A stretch of DNA of 63,758 nucleotides, filler included, from Licmophora abbreviata (Eukaryota), in the NCBI GenBank assembly GCA_900291995.1. It is 13 parts of 13 records of this genome, joined end to end, with 100 filler letters (N's around TTAATTAATTAA, not from the genome) between each part and the next. Parts side by side here need not be neighbours in the genome. Positions count along the whole stretch, not along the records: positions 49,430 to 61,493 come from OLMU01000730.1; positions 61,594 to 63,758 come from OLMU01000733.1; 11 more parts are not named here. One strand, written 5' to 3'. Position 1 is the first letter of the stretch. Every line of letters starts with the position of its first letter. The notes under the pieces were generated by a model that saw only the letters and a program-made list of their open reading frames with translations, had not been told where the DNA came from and did not search any database. Position numbers and translations under genes: made by a program. Positions 60,160 to 63,758 of this stretch are shown here, one piece after another.

Positions 60160-61493
60160 ATGGCGAGAAAGCCGGCGCCGTCCTCCACCATGCCTCACAG
60201 AACAACTATTCTACTCCCGCCTTATCGATTCCTGTCGATGATTCTTTCGGTACTACTGTACGTCGCATGCTTTTCCAATTTGGCAAAAGCGCAAGATGAG
60301 TCCTCCTGGTCGCCGGGAAAGTTCAGAGCCAAAGCCGAAGAGGCCATGTCCAGCGGACAAACAGAAGAAGCTCTCAAGTACTATCAGCAGGCGGCTACTC
60401 TGGAACCCACCAATGCATTGAACTACTACAAGCTATTTAGAGTCCATAATCGTATGCGTCGTTTTGCAGATGCCTTGCGGGATGTGACCAAAGCTCTGGA
60501 ACTGGAACCTGCCTCTGTCGACTACCGCAAGCACAAGGCGAAGCTGTTGCAGTCTCTCGGACAGTGCGAACAAGCTGCCATTGAGTATTCGGAAATCAAG
60601 GATATTGGTAGTGAATTGGAAGAAGCCAAAAAGTGTGCCAGTGACATTCAAGGTGCTCAAAAGGCGCTCTTTGAGGAGGACTACCAAGTCGCGGCTGCAT
60701 TGTTTCAACAAGCTCTGGCACATGTCGAACAGGCGACGGACTTGCTGTTCTCCAAGGCGCAAGCGCTCTTTCACTTGGCTGACTATTACGGCGTCATTTC
60801 CGATACCGGTAGGATCCTCAAGCACCACTCGAATCACGTGGAAGCCTACGAATTGCGGGGGCGTGCGTATACGCGGCTCGGGGACCACGACACGGCGCAA
60901 ATTCATTTCCGGGAGGGACTCAAACTTGATCCGGAACACAAGGGATGCAAGGCGGGACATAAGTTTGTCAAGTCCATCATTAAGAAGGACAAAAAAGGAG
61001 AGGACGCATTTGGGTCTGGGAAATACCAGGATGCGATTGATTTGTGGTGGGGAGCCATTCGTATTGATCCGACTCATCTCGCCTTTTTTCGACCGACTCT
61101 GCTAAAGATTGTCAAGGCTCATACCAAGTTAGGACAGCACGATCAAGCAATGGAGGAAGCACAGAAGCATGTGGACAACCGGGAGACAATAGAGGGACTT
61201 TGGGCTCTTGGAGATGCGCAAATTTCTGGAGAACAGTTCGAGGCGGCGGTGCGGACGTTCCGACGGGCCCAAGAAATCGCGGTGAGTAGAAAACGCAGAT
61301 TACGAGCGACACTGAATACGAACTATCTTGGTTCAACATCTCACGTTTGCTTGGCTCCGTATCTTACAGCAAGAACAAGAGAAGGAGCAGGCGAAAGCGG
61401 CCCAGCAAAAGGTGCGAGAGGCCGAAGTGGCTCTGAAACAAAGCAAAGAGAAGAACTACTACAAGATTCTCGGCGTGGCTCGCAATGCCAGCC
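60160..61493 (+). CDS. DNAJC3: ER TPR + J-domain co-chaperone P58IPK/DNAJC3, 3' end in gap (intron 61282-61369)
   Basis: Signal peptide, serial TPRs, REGLKLDPEHKGCK, LKQSKEKNYYKILGV start of the J domain. Confidence 0.88.
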
Positions 61494-61696
61494 NNNNNNN
61501 NNNNNNNNNNNNNNNNNNNNNNNNNNNNNNNNNNNNNTTAATTAATTAANNNNNNNNNNNNNNNNNNNNNNNNNNNNNNNNNNNNNNNNNNNNAAAGTAC
61601 TGTTTCTACGCTCATCGATGTTCATCTCGACGCACGCGTCGTCACAAGCGGGTGTTGGGTTTCGCAGCTTCGAGCTCTTGCTTTCCGATTGGAACC

Positions 61697-62767
61697 ATGG
61701 TGTGGGGACTCGTTCAGAACTTTCGCACAGCGCTCAAGTACCGAGGAGGATGGAAGGGACTATTGGAGCACATGTACACGGTGCGTTCTGACTCGACGAC
61801 TGATATCTTGTGCTTGTTTCTTATTGTCATATTCCAAACCTAATTTTACTATTCCTTGTATTATCTATTCCTCGGATCGCCCTTCACCCTTGAACAGAAT
61901 GGTAAGCGTAGTTTGTTGATCTTCGGATGCGTTGATAATGCCAGCCCTCCACTCTCAAAGCCTCGAGCGGGACCTTTTGATCATGCTAATCCTATTCACG
62001 ATTTGACTTATTCTTGTCTTAGGTGATTTCCCGTTCAAGGTCGGAACTTATAAGGGATGTGATCCCGGCGGAAATCGGTACTATGAGAACCGTGTGGATT
62101 ATCCCTTCGGCCAACATCGCTGGGTGGAGCCTGGTGACATTGTAAGTCAGGACGCTTTATCCGGAAAAAAACTTCATTTGGAGATGGAGGCTTGGATCGA
62201 TTGTCATCTCATGAATATCTTTGTTCTGCAACACAGCACAACTTTGATTCCTCCTCTATTCCGCCGGAGTACCAAGGGTGGATGACATCCATGAACGACG
62301 ACTTTCCCGACAGCCCAGAGCAGTACTTTTCTAAGGCAAAGGAAGGAATTATGCCTCTGGAATCCCATTCAGATGCGCCGTACAATGACAATGTTGGTCA
62401 CCAAGAGAAAATCTTCAATTTTCACCACATGCACAATCAGTCGCAAGTGCGATCTCGTGGATATGGTATTGGAAACCCAATTGTGGGACTTCCGCCGCAT
62501 GCGCCAGACGCGTACTATACGCAGCCAGGGTCGCCGTACAGCGAGTCATCCATTCGCAAGACTGAAATGATTGGTGATTTGGGAGGCGACCGGCCGTATA
62601 AGAGTTTGAAATGGGCTAGTCGACTGCGGACATCGGCAGAAAAGGCAGAACTGCTGACAAAGGAGGCCGAGGAGTTTCAGGCACAGTTGTCAGAGGCAGA
62701 AAAGGGGAAGCAGCGTCGCATGGCGACGCTTCGATCCCGTGGATCTGGAACTGTGATCGGCAGTTAA
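61697..62767 (+). CDS. NDUFA12: NADH:ubiquinone oxidoreductase subunit NDUFA12 (exons 61697-61780, 61898-61901, 62023-62141, 62237-62767)
   Basis: KVGTYKGCDPGGNRYYEN..GQHRWVE..DSSSIPPEYQGWM; frame requires a 4-nt micro-exon. Confidence 0.88.
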
Positions 62768-63758
62768 CTGTCTACAGAGGAGTCAATCACAAGAATCTAC
62801 CTCAGTTGCAATTTGTGAAAATAAATGCAACGGGTAGACTCAATGGTCTCTCTTCTAAGGGTCCGGATCGATAGAGGGATAGCCTGGGTTGATAGGATGG
62901 TAAATACACGCACAATAGGAGATCTCTTGAAACCGGGAGTAGCCTAACAAGGTCCAGCGGCCTACGCCACCCACTGCGCCACCCGAACCATCTTTCTATA
63001 AGCTACGTTGGTTTGTACGTAGGACGGGCGGCCTTCCAATGTACCTTGCAGGTAAAGCTAGATAGTCCACAATGGTATGTTTTGCCCAGCCCAAGACACG
63101 GATGACACACTGGTCCTCAATACGAGTACTGGTAGTCATTTTTAGAAGAAAACCAAAGGAAATGGAGGAATTTTTAAGATTGCAATGATTATCTAACGTT
63201 TAAGATAATGACAGTATGACAGTTAGCGAAGCAAATGTTGTTTATGAGCGATCACAAGGGTTACGGAAAGTTTTCCAGGAAGAGTACCAGCCCAGAAGAC
63301 AGGTAAAAGGAGAGAGTCTTGTTAGAGGGACTGGCTGAGTTGTTTTCGCTACTGCAGCAGCTTGTCTGACTTCGTCTTCTGTTGTCCAACAGAAGACGTG
63401 AAGCAAGTCGACGTAGCAGCTAGCTAGAATCAACTCTGCATTGAAACGGACAGAGGCAACAGCGTTTGTACTGTTGTTTCTGCAACTGAATGGCAGAGTA
63501 TGTTGAAGAGAGATCATTGGTAGGGACAAAATCTGACTATGTGCTTGGCAAGGACGTGCAATTTGTGAGGGCCAAAGATCGACTGACGGTACGCTACACT
63601 GGCACAGTACTGGCATATGGTAACTTGGCTCCTGCTTGGTCAGGCGAAGAATGCTACCTACGGGGGGTACCGTGTTGTATCGCTAAGACCCCGTTAACCT
63701 TCAGGTTAGAAATCCCAGCAGGGTACACGTACCTGTACTGGTAGCAGGGTACAGGTAC

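Larger units (their letters stand above)
5610..61593. other. Twelve artificial 100-nt scaffold linkers N..TTAATTAATTAA..N (5610-5709, 11163-11262, 12609-12708, 23053-23152, 25407-25506, 28751-28850, 30213-30312, 37250-37349, 46127-46226, 47294-47393, 49330-49429, 61494-61593)
   Basis: Identical six-frame-stop 12-mer flanked by N runs; the linkers interrupt otherwise continuous genes. Confidence 0.97.

Noticed and set aside
63242..63744. ORFs at the window end
   Set aside because: No recognisable product; cannot be supported

Overview
Gene-dense eukaryotic DNA with short GT-AG introns, almost certainly from a diatom (bipartite plastid presequences, frustulin-type CEGDCD modules, a CoDi-like copia element). 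Twelve artificial N/TTAATTAATTAA linkers join contigs. About 28 protein-coding genes are supportable, including acylphosphatase, three cell-surface proteins, a pentapeptide-repeat protein, an ATP-grasp ligase, phytol kinase, SEM1, P4H, UNC-45, LSG1, a WD40-TRP-like channel, WNK, a Tim17-family protein, an M8 peptidase, a METTL21-like methyltransferase, Nudix, GatB, an FAD monooxygenase, DNAJC3 and NDUFA12. Two signals are missed by the ORF track. (1) A hidden selenoprotein at 18130-18828 (-) ends in S-T-UGA-G-UAA and has a well-formed type II SECIS in its 3' UTR. (2) A Ty1/copia LTR element (45094-47429, TSD CGCGC) has no tRNA-type primer site; instead its PBS position is perfectly complementary to 15 nt inside its own LTR, a Tf1-style self-priming geometry. 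All calls come from reading the sequence; no searches were run.
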